From Tricharina praecox (Eukaryota): DNA of 64,000 nucleotides. How positions within the stretch are numbered: the first letter of the stretch is position 1; every line of letters starts with the position of its first letter. The notes beneath the pieces are model-generated. The model was given only the letters and a program-made list of their open reading frames with translations. It was not told the origin of the DNA and did not search any database. The stretch covers positions 124,001 to 188,000 of the forward strand of contig NW_026250428.1 of the NCBI RefSeq assembly GCF_024521635.1, in the 5' to 3' direction. The position numbers and the translations under genes were made by a program. Positions 12,692-24,337 of this stretch are shown here, in pieces.

Positions 12692-14121
12692 TTGTGGAAG
12701 GACTGGTTGAGCGAGCCGGATTACCGACAGATACTGTTATACAAGTTGGGAGGAGAGTTAGTTTGGTCGTGGGAACAGGAGGATATGAGAAGGCAGAAGA
12801 AAAGGAAGATAAAACACCAGTCGACTAGATTTGTATTGGGGCATGGGGGAGGCGAATACCGCACCTTGTTTTACAGAGAGAGAGATGGACGGCTAATCTA
12901 TGTGTTAAAAACAGGGATATCGAGACGACGCTGGCAAACATCCACGACACACATGGTCATTTTAGCACAGGTATCACGGCAGGGAGAGCTTTCGGGCAAT
13001 ATTACTGGCCTTTGAGGACTCACGATATCGCCACTTGGGTGGCGTCTTGCCCGATGTGCCATCGGACACGACCGATCAAACCGTCAGGACATCTCAAGAC
13101 GGTGGTGCAATTCAGTCCCTTCGACATGATTGGGATGAATTACATCGGCCCTATCTCCCCGCCGTGCAAGACGACTGGCAATCGAATCATTCTGGTCATG
13201 GTGGATTACTTCTTGAGATTTTTATTCGCAGGAGGTTTCAAAGAGTGGCCATCGCAAGCGATGACTATAACGACGATCCTGGAGTCGATAGTACCAATAT
13301 TTTGTTGGCCGAGGACGGTGTTTTGCGATAACGGCAGCCACTTTGTGGGCAAAGATTTCCGATCACTTCTCGAAAGCCATGGCGTGACGCTCATACCAGC
13401 ACTTATAACATAACCTTCGTCAGTGGGATTTTCTGAACGCTATGTGCAAATGATCATGGGTAGGATAAGGCTGCAAGCTATGAAGAGGGGAAGCATTGAT
13501 CATTGGGGACTCATGATATCGAATGGCGTAATCGACATCAACACCCGCCAGATCAAAATCCACGGATTCTCGCCAGCGGAAATCCTGTTAAGATTTAACC
13601 CGGCGTCATCGCACTCAACACCTGCAACAGCACGACAGTGGCTAGCAGCGGCGACATCTCTCGAAGATATTATCGGGTGCAATGCCCACCAATTTTGATT
13701 CTATATGATGAAGCGCGACGATGATGGCGAGCGAGCAACGAACCGGCTGTGCGAAACCCAAGACTCCAGAGAATCGAAATACGAACCTCGCTGGTCACCG
13801 CCGAAGGAGGTAGATCTAGTATTGGTTCGCGACAAAGCACTCGACAACCAGAAAGGCAATAAGCTGTTGCACAGATGGTCAGCACCTCGCATTTTGGAGC
13901 ACATAAAACCGAACGGCAACACGGCGTACGTACGGAAAATTCACGACCCACCGCCGGACAAGACAAAGAATGACCACTTTGACGACTTAAAAGTCTTCGT
14001 TAAACGTTCGACTCGAAAAGATTCCGCCGAGATACAACCTGACAGCGTTAGCATCGAGTCTCGAGACACCAGGAAGCGAGGCGGGGCAACGCGCGTATAT
14101 TTTATGGATGGAGGGGGATAA
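12692..14121 (+). pseudogene. Retroviral-type integrase (frameshifts/stops)
   Basis: H-x2-H-G-H-F region near 12945-12963; WVASCPMCH; PFDMIGMNYIGP; MVDYF; VFCDNGSHF; SVGFSERYVQ; C-terminal DLVLVRD...KLLHRWSAP (GPY/F-like). Confidence 0.9.
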
Positions 14122-14593
14122 ACTCCGGGTCGAAGCTTCATTCAGCCCGGGGAGTGAGAGAGAGTGGTTGGAGGAGAAGAACTCATAGAAGAGAGAGAGA
14201 GGAGATACATCGGCCACGAACTACTAACTGTTAACTTATGACCTGTGTGGATGGCTGGCATGTTTGCCAGGTAAGTCTGTCGATTATCCTTTGTTGGACT
14301 GAGATGGGGGGAATGGCTGAGCGGGTCGGATCAGTGATTGTGTGTTGGACTGCCTTGTGTTTTTTTCTTGTTTGTTTGCATTGTCATCTGGTGGTAGTCA
14401 GAGGCGGGTCAAGGAAATCCAGAGCGAAAGGGAGGCGGACCTGATGTTGATGATGGTTTAGAGGGGACAGTGAACTTTGTCGGCGGAGGATGAGCTTTTC
14501 AGCGGGGGGTGAACTTTGTCGGCGGCTGGCGAGCTTTTCGACGGAGAGTGATCACTTCTGCATGGTGGTAGAAATTCATCTGTCTCGGGGTCA

Positions 14594-14771
14594 TGTGGAG
14601 CGTTACATCATGTTAGTAAGTGGTGGACTAGTGGTGGGAGACGAGGCACGAGGAGCGGGACGGACGACTCTCTTGTTTACCTTTTCTGTACTGAGACCAA
14701 GATCATCATCAGCAATCAATCGTTCACCCATCATCAACCCCATCATCACGATTCATCAAACAGGCCGCTCA
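14594..14771 (+). repeat. 3' LTR (178 bp)
   Basis: Direct repeat of 9798-9976, followed by TSD CCGT. Confidence 0.95.
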
Positions 14772-16179
14772 CCGTCCAGACAGCGTGAAGGTGGGGCCGC
14801 TCATCTGGCACGAGCGAGGCGCATGGCCGTCCGTTAGTCCTCGCGCCATCCAGCGTTACTCTACTTCGCCTTCCCCGTTTCGAAGCCAAAACGCTTTCCG
14901 GATGCCAGCAAGATCTACCGCCACGTCTACCGCCACGTCACGCCACCTGGCTGGACGTCGGCTGGTCGATCTGGGCTTCGCGTCTGTATCTCGCAATGCG
15001 GATATTGCCGCACGGACTGCTAGGAGGTAAGTCCTCATTTAGCTGGTTGTCGTTGGGTCGAAACCATCAACAAGTGAGGAAGTGCACCATGTGGCGCTCG
15101 GACTGGGCGTGGCCTTAAGATGTGCCCTTGAGGCGTGATCGCCATGCGTGCGGCTGGATGACGGAATGGCGATGTCAACCTTAGTGAAGCCCTGTAGCTA
15201 TAGCCCCGATCCAGAATTGACCACCATATTGAATTTAAAGAATCGGAAAGCAAGTGCTTTTGTGTGCCCTTTGCCTCCGAATCAACTTTGCACCAGTCTG
15301 GAAACGCTCGGACACTCAACGATAGCTTTTCCGGGCTGAACGGCCCCGCACTGTGGCTGTGGAGAGAAGCCGAGCAACCGGGAGCCGTTTCGCGAGCATT
15401 GTGATCTTGTAGTCAGGGTTGCGGATTGCCGTTCGCGTTGATACCTCGCGAGAAAGGTGAGGTCCGTGGTAGTCTGGGGGCACTGCCAGAACAGCCGGCT
15501 TTCATGGTGGATGACGGCGGGATCGGCGTGAATTGCCCTTTCACCACCGCCGACCTAATTTACCCCGCAATTGCACCGCCCCTCATTCACTATTCACAAC
15601 CACCTCCCCACCTCCAAAGAATACCGGCGAAACAACGGCCACTGTTGACCCCCCAGCCCTTTCACACCATATCTACCACCCAGCCCGTGTCTTTGCAAAC
15701 TACAATGACTGCTGAACGCTCACCCCCTCCTCCCCCAAGTCTAAAAAATCTGCACCGCCCCTTGATGAGCTACTAACACACCATAGTCACAATGGAACAA
15801 CCGCTTCCCGTCCATCTGATTCCCTCGGGCAACAAACATCCCAGGCCTCCCACCTTAACGATGCACATCTCCGTCGCCAAAACCACCTAGCAGCCGTCGG
15901 TGTTACCATCACAAGTTGGGAGGAGAAGAAGGACTCGAGAAAGTAGTTGAGTAGAGGCGGTGGTGTAGCTCTGTCGTGTGGTCCCGTCGCCGCGTCTCTG
16001 TGTCGCTGTGTTGCTCTGTCGCCGCCTCGCTGTGTCTGTCTATCCAAGTGACTAGTTCTCGTGCGTGTGGCGTTGCCACGTGAGGCTTGACGAGGCGACG
16101 TTACAGTAGAGATTACGTGGGCTTGGCGTCTTGTCATTGCTGGGCACGTGGCGTCCAGTCACCGGTTGTTACTGGGATC

Positions 16180-18316
16180 GCCTGTAAGGGTGCAGCAAAG
16201 ATCCCAGTTCCCGAGTAGTAGATCTGAAGAGTAGAAGGTGGCCTACGTGAAGGTCGTGGATCACGAGAAAGCTGTTGCGAAGACTAAAGTTCGGCCGGAT
16301 CATGAAAATTGGAAGATTCATGCCATTCGTTCCTACCCATGGGATTCAGATACCTAACCACTCAGCGGGGTAGTTGGAACTTGCCACAACAGTCAATCGA
16401 CACAGTTGCAGTGACAGGGCACAAGATCCGCAGCCGCGGCTCCGGCGAGTGATATCTGTGAACCGCCATCCGGCCTCAAACATCGTAACTCATGACTCAT
16501 GACTAGATCGTTGATTTTTAAGACTTCTTTCGCGGTGCTCATTCCTACTAGGGTACCCACGTTATGATCTATCATAAGCCACTTGTGTAGACTGTAGGCA
16601 CGATAGGATTGTTGGTTGGGGCAGCTGGGCTGATGCGCACCGACTACCGGACGAATTGAGGTAATTTGTAAACGATGTGCTCAATCCTAGGTATTCGACA
16701 TTCCCATCATCTGCCCCTTAGCTTGCAAGACTGCGGCCTGTCGGCACGAGTATGCCCTCCGGTGCCCAAGGTCTCCTCCGAAGCTAAGGTCCATATTGAC
16801 GGCCACTATTTGGGAGGGAACCTGGGGTCACCTGTGGCAGTCGCAGTCTGTAGGATCTGGGTGACACGGGGACTAGGCCCGAGACAAACTGCGCTAGGTC
16901 CGAGAAATGTCACCCACGACAACCGACGCCCGAGCTGCCTGCATCCACGCACCATCCACGCACCATCCACAGTGTATACCACCCACCTCACACCAACCAC
17001 AACCCCCCCCCCCCGGCTCGCCCTCATCGACGATGGAAGCCGGCAATCCCTCCCCCTCCTCTACGAGAGAACCCGGAGATCCCTCTCCTTCCTTGACGAT
17101 GGAACCCGGCGATCTCTCCCCCTCCTACCACTTCCCAGCGGAGGTACTTTTCAATATCATCGATCATCTTCCAAGCATCAGCGAGTACCTATCTTTGCGC
17201 AACGTCTCTCGGGCCACACGAGCCGTATGCAACATGGTGCCTCTCACCACGCTGATTCGGTTGCTGCTCCGGTTTGTGGTGAGCTTGGAAGTAGCGCAAA
17301 CGATAGGTGCCGTGTACAGACCGCTGTGCTTTTTGAAACGTCGGATGAGGGAAGCGGGGTTTGCGACCGGAAGTTGGACTCAACGAAGGCTGTATCGGCA
17401 GGTTAGGCGGGTGAAAGCTCTCGCGTTGGATATGTATTAAGCTGCGGGGGATGGTGTTTGAGGATTGGCTCCCTAGTGAGAGTTCGATGTGGTGGATCTT
17501 CACGCTTTTCGTGAGGTGTCCGGATGTAGTCTTTGACTACGGGATGCGTTTAGTTACATTTGGGCTGGAAATTGGCGACCGCTTGGATTGAGCGATAGAA
17601 AGAGCTCTGGATAGCCCTGTTGTATGTGGGGATTGTTAGCTTTTCTTTTCTCTGTTTCTGCGCGGCTCATGAGATACGGTGAATGCTGAGATGCTATCAG
17701 AGGAGGAATTCGATACCGGCTGGTGGTGGGATAATCACACAATATCACCTGCTCCTGCTCGACACTTTTTTTTTACCGTAAACTTCGTGTTCATATTCCC
17801 TCTTTATGCGGTCCGAGGAATCATACTTGAGCGAGGTTCGTCTCCACGACCACGGCATCCACGATCACGACACCCACGAGTAGTTTGAATCCGCCGACCT
17901 GCATGCTGCAGCTCCCACGAGACCCCATAGTCCGGAAGTGTCGACTTGCAGAAATGTCTGACTATAAACCCCCCTCGCCCCGCTCTCCTCATTTCTTCTC
18001 CTCTTCTCTTCCCCTATGCCCTCTCCCATTAAACCCCGCTGCCCTCATTCCACCTGTTTGCGATTCTTCACCTGCCTAACTATCACCACTTCCCGCTGAC
18101 AACATGGGTTTCGCTTTCACCGTGTAGCTACTCTTGAAGTCCGACCGGGAGTCGCACATCGTTCATCCTGCTACAACGTTCAAAGTGAAACCGCTATTCA
18201 TCGTTGGAAGAAGTGACGAAGTCCACCCTTAAAACCAGCACTATTGGTACGTACATTGTTCATAGAGGTGGAGAGTATATAAGGTATAGATCGCCCGGCC
18301 CTCTCCCCCGGTAGAA
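16180..18316. repeat. Right arm of the inverted duplication
   Basis: Reverse-complement colinearity with 5385-7600 (see left arm). Confidence 0.85.
16907..17440 (+). CDS. F-box-like protein family A, copy 2
   Basis: YHFPAEVLFNIIDHLPSISEYLSLRNVSRATRAVC; shares PLCFLKRRM.E.GFATGS.T.RRLYR with copy 1. Confidence 0.7.
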   Translation: MSPTTTDARAACIHAPSTHHPQCIPPTSHQPQPPPPGSPSSTMEAGNPSPSSTREPGDPSPSLTMEPGDLSPSYHFPAEVLFNIIDHLPSISEYLSLRNVSRATRAVCNMVPLTTLIRLLLRFVVSLEVAQTIGAVYRPLCFLKRRMREAGFATGSWTQRRLYRQVRRVKALALDMY

Positions 18317-19366
18317 CAGTAATGGAACGATTGAATCCTGCGTTCCGACTCGCGTGGAACTCAATACTCAGGGGATTGGGATGAATGTTGCCGCATCATG
18401 AATGGCTCTGCGAAGTGCAGATTTCGATTGTGAATTGGCGACCTCTCATTCCCGCTACGCTTGTGATAGAGAGAGATCTTCCTGTTTTATTTCGCATGCA
18501 GCCTATCTAGACTATGGCGAACCAACGAACTCCTTTTCCTTCCCGCCTTGGCCAGTCGGGGGGAAAGCCCCGATACCGACCAGTCCGATGCCGCGCCCCA
18601 CTTCCCCTGCCCCATCGCTTCTCCCCCGTCTTCCGCTTCCGCTCCAAGACACTATCACCGCGTATAATCATCTCCTCCTTCCTCGCACCGGCTGCAGACG
18701 CAGTACCCTCCTGGGCACTGTTGCTATGCCCCCGACGCCTCATCCTCATCCTCCTCCAAGTCTGGTGGAGCTTTCCTCCCCACATCCGACGTTACGCTGG
18801 TGATCGCTATCGGCATTGATACGAATGCACTCGTCGAGTCACACCGTGCGATAGTTGTACTTGGCTCGACCTTGCGGCTGATTACTAGATCATTTGAGCG
18901 ATGCTGTCGCGATGTCATTGAACAGCAGCCAGCTTCTGGATTGCAAGAGCCGATTGTTCTGTAGAACAACACAGTCATCACGTACTCTACACTAGAGTGC
19001 AGTTGACCGTCCCACCTGTGTAGCAGTAGTCCGCAGTCATAGCCGAGCGGTACTTGACGCCGAGTACCCTAGCGCCACCACTGTGGCACATCCCCGCCAT
19101 TCTCCACGTTAGTTTGTGGCGCACCATGCACCGACCACCCCCGCCATTCGCAGTCGGCTTCGACGCATGCGTCAATCTGACGTCCGAACTGTCCGAAGGC
19201 GGTGGAGCGAGCTCGGTCGCACCGCACTTGATACCTAATTTACCAATGGACCTCCATCTGTCAGCCTTCTCGCACCCTACCCTCGCCAACGATACCCACC
19301 GCACACACTAGCCGATACTCCGAACCATCCTAACCTTAGCGACCTCCACCTCCCCTCCCCGCCTTA

Positions 19367-19840
19367 ATGTCCAGCACCCCATCAATCCCCATTTCCCACG
19401 CCACAGCTTTAGCTCCCACCGGCGCCCTCCCGCCCATCGCCGCTCCCTCCCTTCCTCCCTCCATCTCTCCTCTACCTGGCTCAACCTCCGCCTCCGCCCC
19501 CACCATTGACCCTTCCCACCACCTCCGCCTCAACCAGCACTCCCCATCCTCGACTACTTACTGGTCCCAAGAAACACCCCAGACCCGCCTCTTGGCGCTA
19601 CGCCGTCACTTATTCATCACCGCGCACCTCCAAGCGCACCTGCTGTCCATGAGCCGTAACCACCCAGCTTCGCGCACCGCGCGTATAGAAGCGTGGGTCT
19701 TTGAGGCGCAGCTAGCACATCGCGCTGACTGCCGGGTGGAGGATTGTACTCGTACCAGCGGACATGGTACAGACTCCTGGGTGGCGCCGGTGCTGTTCAC
19801 GTGGAGTAGTAGCACGGGCGTCGTAAGGTGGACGAAGTAA
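19367..19840 (+). CDS. Hypothetical protein, 157 aa (Pro/Ser-rich N-terminus)
   Basis: ATG-initiated ORF with a low-complexity N-terminus and an ordered-looking C-terminus; no family recognised. Confidence 0.35.
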   Translation: MSSTPSIPISHATALAPTGALPPIAAPSLPPSISPLPGSTSASAPTIDPSHHLRLNQHSPSSTTYWSQETPQTRLLALRRHLFITAHLQAHLLSMSRNHPASRTARIEAWVFEAQLAHRADCRVEDCTRTSGHGTDSWVAPVLFTWSSSTGVVRWTK

Positions 19841-20341
19841 GCTCTTGCTGTGGAGACGCCCGGGGGCTGGAGTGGGTTGCTGACAATGATGAAGTGAGCA
19901 TACGACGTATGACGTCGTGCTTAGGGATAAGGCTGTTGTTGCTGTTGAGGTGGTGCAGGGGCTGAAAAGCGAGATAGCGGCTGTGATGCGGTTGTGGAGT
20001 AAAATTGTCACTACTAGGCGGAGAACGGGGAAGCAGGAGGGTAAGCGGAAGGATGATGGGCTGGAGGAACTGCCGGTACGAGAGCTTGTGTGGTAGAATA
20101 CCGTACCAAGGGAAGCTGTTCACCTTCTTCGCGCACGTGATTACACCGGTTGCGGAGGAGAACATAATATCTGAAGAATACCGTGGTTTGGCGGGCTCCA
20201 AAGCGCATTCAATTTCTTTGGTAAAACATGTTCTGTACACTACAACAGTCCAATCGATACATTCCCAACTCGTACGTTCCCAACGCCACCCTCGCCAAAA
20301 TCGCCACAGTTGCCACCCCCACCACCACCTCGATACCCAGT

Positions 20342-23300
20342 TCACTCATTGTCCTGTCACCCGCGCTGTTAGCGGAAAATGACCATCGATGTTGCAGGAA
20401 AGTGGCTTGACTCACAAAGATAGAAAAGCAATTCTGCAACACGGTATCGATCGCGCGCACCTGCCAGCCGGTGTCGGCCATGTTCGCGTTCGTGTTGCAC
20501 ATCAACGTCGGCCTGTGTCGTGTCGGGTTAGTCAACGATCTCGATCCCGAAGATAAAAAAGAAACATAAAAGGGCGGCAGTACCCAAAGCAAATGGCTAG
20601 GTTCCCGGTGTTCATCCGGTTCGTGTTTGCATGCTGCTGGACGGCGTGGAGGTGCTATGAATCGTCAATACCGGGTAGTAGGAGTTCAGATGACCAGAGA
20701 CAACCAACCAGAATGAGACGACGAAGAATGGCGTAGTTAGGGTCCGGCAGCTGGTTTATCAATCCGTGCAACGCATCGCGGCGGCTGACGGGATCGTCGA
20801 TTTCTGCGACACCTGTTAGTGCCTGCGGAACCCAAGGGAGCGGATTGACGTACTGGATGCGCCGATGAATTGCGCGTAGAGTTCGTTCGCTGGATTTCAA
20901 GTCAGCGGGATACATATTGGATCTGGGGGCTGGCGACTGTCGTACTGATGACTGGGTCCGGAAGCTCCATCAGGAACTGCTTCAACACACTCGCGACGCT
21001 GTTGACGTCGTGGAAGAAATCTTCGGGACGGCGGAAGTCCAGGTTCTGGTCTGCGTCACATTAGCATCCACTCCCGGGTCGACGCGGTCCCGGCTTACCA
21101 TTGTCAAACATGATCTTGATCTGGTCGACATGCTTCTTATCGCCCGAGAGACGGTAGATGCCCTCGACGTCGAGCCCATAGAGTTCCACTGCCTGTATGC
21201 ACTCTTCGATCACCTTGGGAATCAGGAGATCATCGCGTGCAAACAGATCGTCTAGGGATACTCCGAAGATCGGGTTCAGAGATGTAGGGTGCACCGCGGT
21301 TTGCTGCGAATCCGAGCGCAGCATTGGTACCTGTCCGGGGTGGACGGGCTGAGCGATGGGCAAGGTGACCGGCTGTTGAATGACTGCTCCAAACCCCCCG
21401 CCATTTGGAACCATAGCGCTCTGGGGATCTTGCGGGGCCATTCCTGCTGGTGAATTGAGTTGGACGGGGCTGCCACGGTTGCCGTTGCCATTCCCAAGGA
21501 GGTTGCGTATGCCACCCTGTATGCCGCCCTGTATGCCACCCAGTACGCCTTGCGGGGGGGTATTCTGCGGGATGCCGTATTGCTGATGGGGTTGCGGTTG
21601 CTGCAGAGGTTGCTGCGGAAGTTGCTGCGGAAGTTGCTGTTGCTGGAAGTGCTGCTGCTGCTGATGTTGCTGCTGTTGATACTGCTGCTGCTGCGGCATA
21701 TGCTGCTGCTGTTGATGTTGCTGTTCCTGGTGTTGCTGCTGCTGGTGTTGCTGCTGCTGGTGTTGCTGTTGCTGATGTTGTTGCTGCTGATGTTGCTGCT
21801 GTAGATACTGTGGATGTTGCTGCTGTTGTTGCTGATGGAATGGTTGTGTTGCAACGAGACTCTAAGACACAATGTTAGATGAAATACTCACTACCTGCCT
21901 CTTTCCACCCCATACGTACCGGGTGAGGCTCGAACTTGAGCTCTGGTTCCTTTAGAGGTAGTGGCGTCTTCGACGAGAACTCAAACAAGAAGAACTTGAA
22001 GTCGTTGTCATTGTCGATGAAGCCCACCATATCTCGGAGCGTGCGCGTTTCTAGTCCACCAGGCATCAGTCTACTGCTTGGCGCACAGAGGACTCGATTT
22101 GCATACCACGTTCTGGCTCGCCCGGAGGGTTTATCGTCAGAGCATTCCTGAGAATGAGTTTCTCGTTGAGTTCGGCTGTATCCGTTAGCGATCATCACGG
22201 TCCGTAAGAATATCCAATCACACGCACCGTATTTCTGAAGATGTACCGTCAAGCCGGCATCGCACTCCCGGACCAGCTCTCGCAGAGCACCAACAGCCTG
22301 CGGACGGAGGGCTGCAACCAACTCTTGTCGGTTGGCATTCGCGATCTGCACCTTGCTCTCGTAGTCGGCAGAAGCAGCCAGGACGCGTCGGTGAAGCTCC
22401 TCCTCGTGCTGCGACCCGGATCTGGATGCCTTGAAGCCGAACGACTTGGTAGGTCGCGCCCCGGTCTTGACGCGGTCGTATTCTTCTGCACAGCTGATGT
22501 ATTTCGCTTTCGCCTGTCGCCATCGCCATCAGCCAACAGGTCCCTCCTGCCCACGTTCTCGAAACCCGGGAACAACGAACCTTCTCCGCGGCCTGCTCTG
22601 CATCATGCGCCTTCTTCTCAGCTGTAGTCCCAGTCTGCTTCCAATGCTTGCGGTTGCGCTCCATGTTGTTTGCCAACTCGAGCATCTCATCGTGAATCTG
22701 GTGTAGAGCCAGCGCAAAGTCGAGACCATTCTCCGCCAGCCGATCGTGCAAGCGCGTTATCCCCTCGAACTGATGTCCGTACGATTCCTGCCGGCAGTCC
22801 GGTCTGCGCAGCGACTCGATGGTGGCTTTGCATAGCTTTCGGATACCTGCGCGAAGATGCGGTCCGTTAGCGAACTGTACGGGAGAACGCACTAGCTTCT
22901 ACCCCGCGCTTTCCCCTGCCTCGTCGCCAGACACTCAACGCGTGAGAGGCCTCGGCTCGGTGGACGCGCATTCGCACTCCGGCCCAGTCCGTCACCCCGC
23001 CCCGAAACCTCCCGTAGATAGACAACCGTCACGTACCTTGCGCCTGGTCGTCCTCCAGCATCGCCCGCTTCTTCAAGAAAACCGCAAAGTCCTATCGCAC
23101 ACCTAGTCAGCGGTAGTAACACGCGTACACCGCGGTGGGAACACACCCTGCTCGACGAAATCGACTGCTTCAAACGCGTAAGGAGTGCAGCGACACCGAT
23201 CTATTCTCTGTCAGCGAGAGCCGCAGCGACCGCAACGGGAAATAGTGCGCGCACCTCCGACCGCAGTATCTCTGTCAACTTTGCGGCCGCGCCGTCGTCC

Positions 23301-23389
23301 ACGAGCGCGCTCGCGCTCGCCGCGTCCGTGGGAAGCGAGGTCATCAGGGTAGGAGGGGTATCTTTGTTGTAATCGGCAACCGACGCCAT
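20342..23389 (-). CDS. RGD1: Rho GTPase-activating protein with N-terminal F-BAR/FCH domain (Rgd1-like), multi-exon
   Basis: F-BAR segments: IGVAALLTRLKQSISS; DFAVFLKKRAMLEDD; LHQIHDEMLELANNMERNRKHWK; RELVRECDAGLTVHLQK. RhoGAP segments: IFGVSLDDL...CIQAVELYGLDVEGIYRLSG (arginine finger); LLKQFLMELPDP; LPDPNYAILR; NRMNTGNLAICF; PTLM. ATG at 23389; last micro-exon DNE* ends at 20342. Confidence 0.92.
21596..21836 (-). repeat. CAG/CAA-rich coding repeat, (HQQQQ)n polyglutamine linker
   Basis: Visible tgc/tgt triplet array with a 15 bp period, inside the RhoGAP exon. Confidence 0.9.
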
Positions 23390-23680
23390 CGCTGCCGAGT
23401 TTGAAAAGACGAGGTGGTGATGTGTTGAGAGGGTGGTGGTGGCAAGAGGCGCAGTGGAGAAGAGTAATCGCACGCCGTGCTACGCAATGGCGATCTCATG
23501 CAACCTGGCCGGGGTAATGACGCGGCATTCCCGGCCGTTCACCGGAAGGTACCTTTGAGGCTCCTGTGCTATGCGACTCGGCTGCATCCACACAAAAACA
23601 CTTCGGAATACTACCACCTCGCGTTACGCTCCTTGCGACGATCGACGACGATCGACCGCATCCCCTCGAAGCGCTACACG

Positions 23681-24337
23681 ATGAGGGAGGCCATGTCATT
23701 GGTGGTGATGGGATGTCGACGGCTACAGCACCGGCTTTCTGAAGAGAATGAGCAGTACAGGACGACTCCGGTGGCGGTTATCGAACGCTACGCACGGACG
23801 GACCATCCACCACCGGCGGGGACGGTAACCTGTTGACCGCAGTCAGACTTGCAGGCATCGCAACGACGCGCCGGTTTCCGATCGCTATGTACACGCGCCG
23901 GGACGGCCCACCACCGGTGGAGACGGCAACCCGGTGACCGCGGCCACAGATTTCTGAAAGAGAAGGTACTAAACGAGGGTAAATCGTCGTGATGGGGGGC
24001 CTTATCTCCACCGAGGTGCTATTCCGTCGCGGTAACTTCGCTAACTGCTCTTCCAAAACAGAACACGGCCAGGATGACATGTGTCGGCGAACCGATCGTT
24101 TCGTCCGTCGAGAAGGCGCCACGGCGAACGCCGACAGAAGCGACCAGCAGGAAGGCTCGCTTAGCACCCATCCTCTTCGGCAACGACGACGACTTGTACG
24201 GCCACTCTTCGAAGCATAATACCGTCAAGAGGGACGTGTTCTTGGTGACGATAGCGGAGGGAAGCCTGCGGCCTCGGGTTCCAGAGGAGGAGGACGAGGA
24301 GGCCTGCCAAGCTTCGCCCGACGCCCCGTGGAGATGA
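23681..24337 (+). CDS. Possible small spliced hypothetical gene divergent from the RhoGAP
   Basis: Donor gtaacc at 23825 and branch/acceptor gctaac...acag at ~24040-24061, then an 87 aa terminal ORF; the model could not be closed. Confidence 0.25.

Larger units (their letters stand above)
9798..14771 (+). mobile_element. Ty3/gypsy-type LTR retrotransposon, internally deleted (gag + integrase, no PR/RT/RH), 4974 bp
   Basis: Two TG...CA LTRs, 4 bp TSD CCGT (9794-9797 and 14772-14775), PBS, gag with zinc knuckle, and integrase at the 3' end. Confidence 0.93.
8780..15038 (-). pseudogene. Unknown gene 'X', copy 2, interrupted in an exon by the LTR element
   Basis: Removing 9798-14775 restores the reading PHLHAVWTEVIFRLSRSSGLILTKL. 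A 3' intron gtaggt...ctaac...ccag (~9127-9169) leads to a terminal exon ending ...YYYPNSSDMKL* at 8780. 5' limit uncertain. Confidence 0.6.

Noticed and set aside
21276..21872. Ser/Asn-rich and poly-Leu ORFs
   Set aside because: Alternative-frame and antisense shadows of the polyQ exon.
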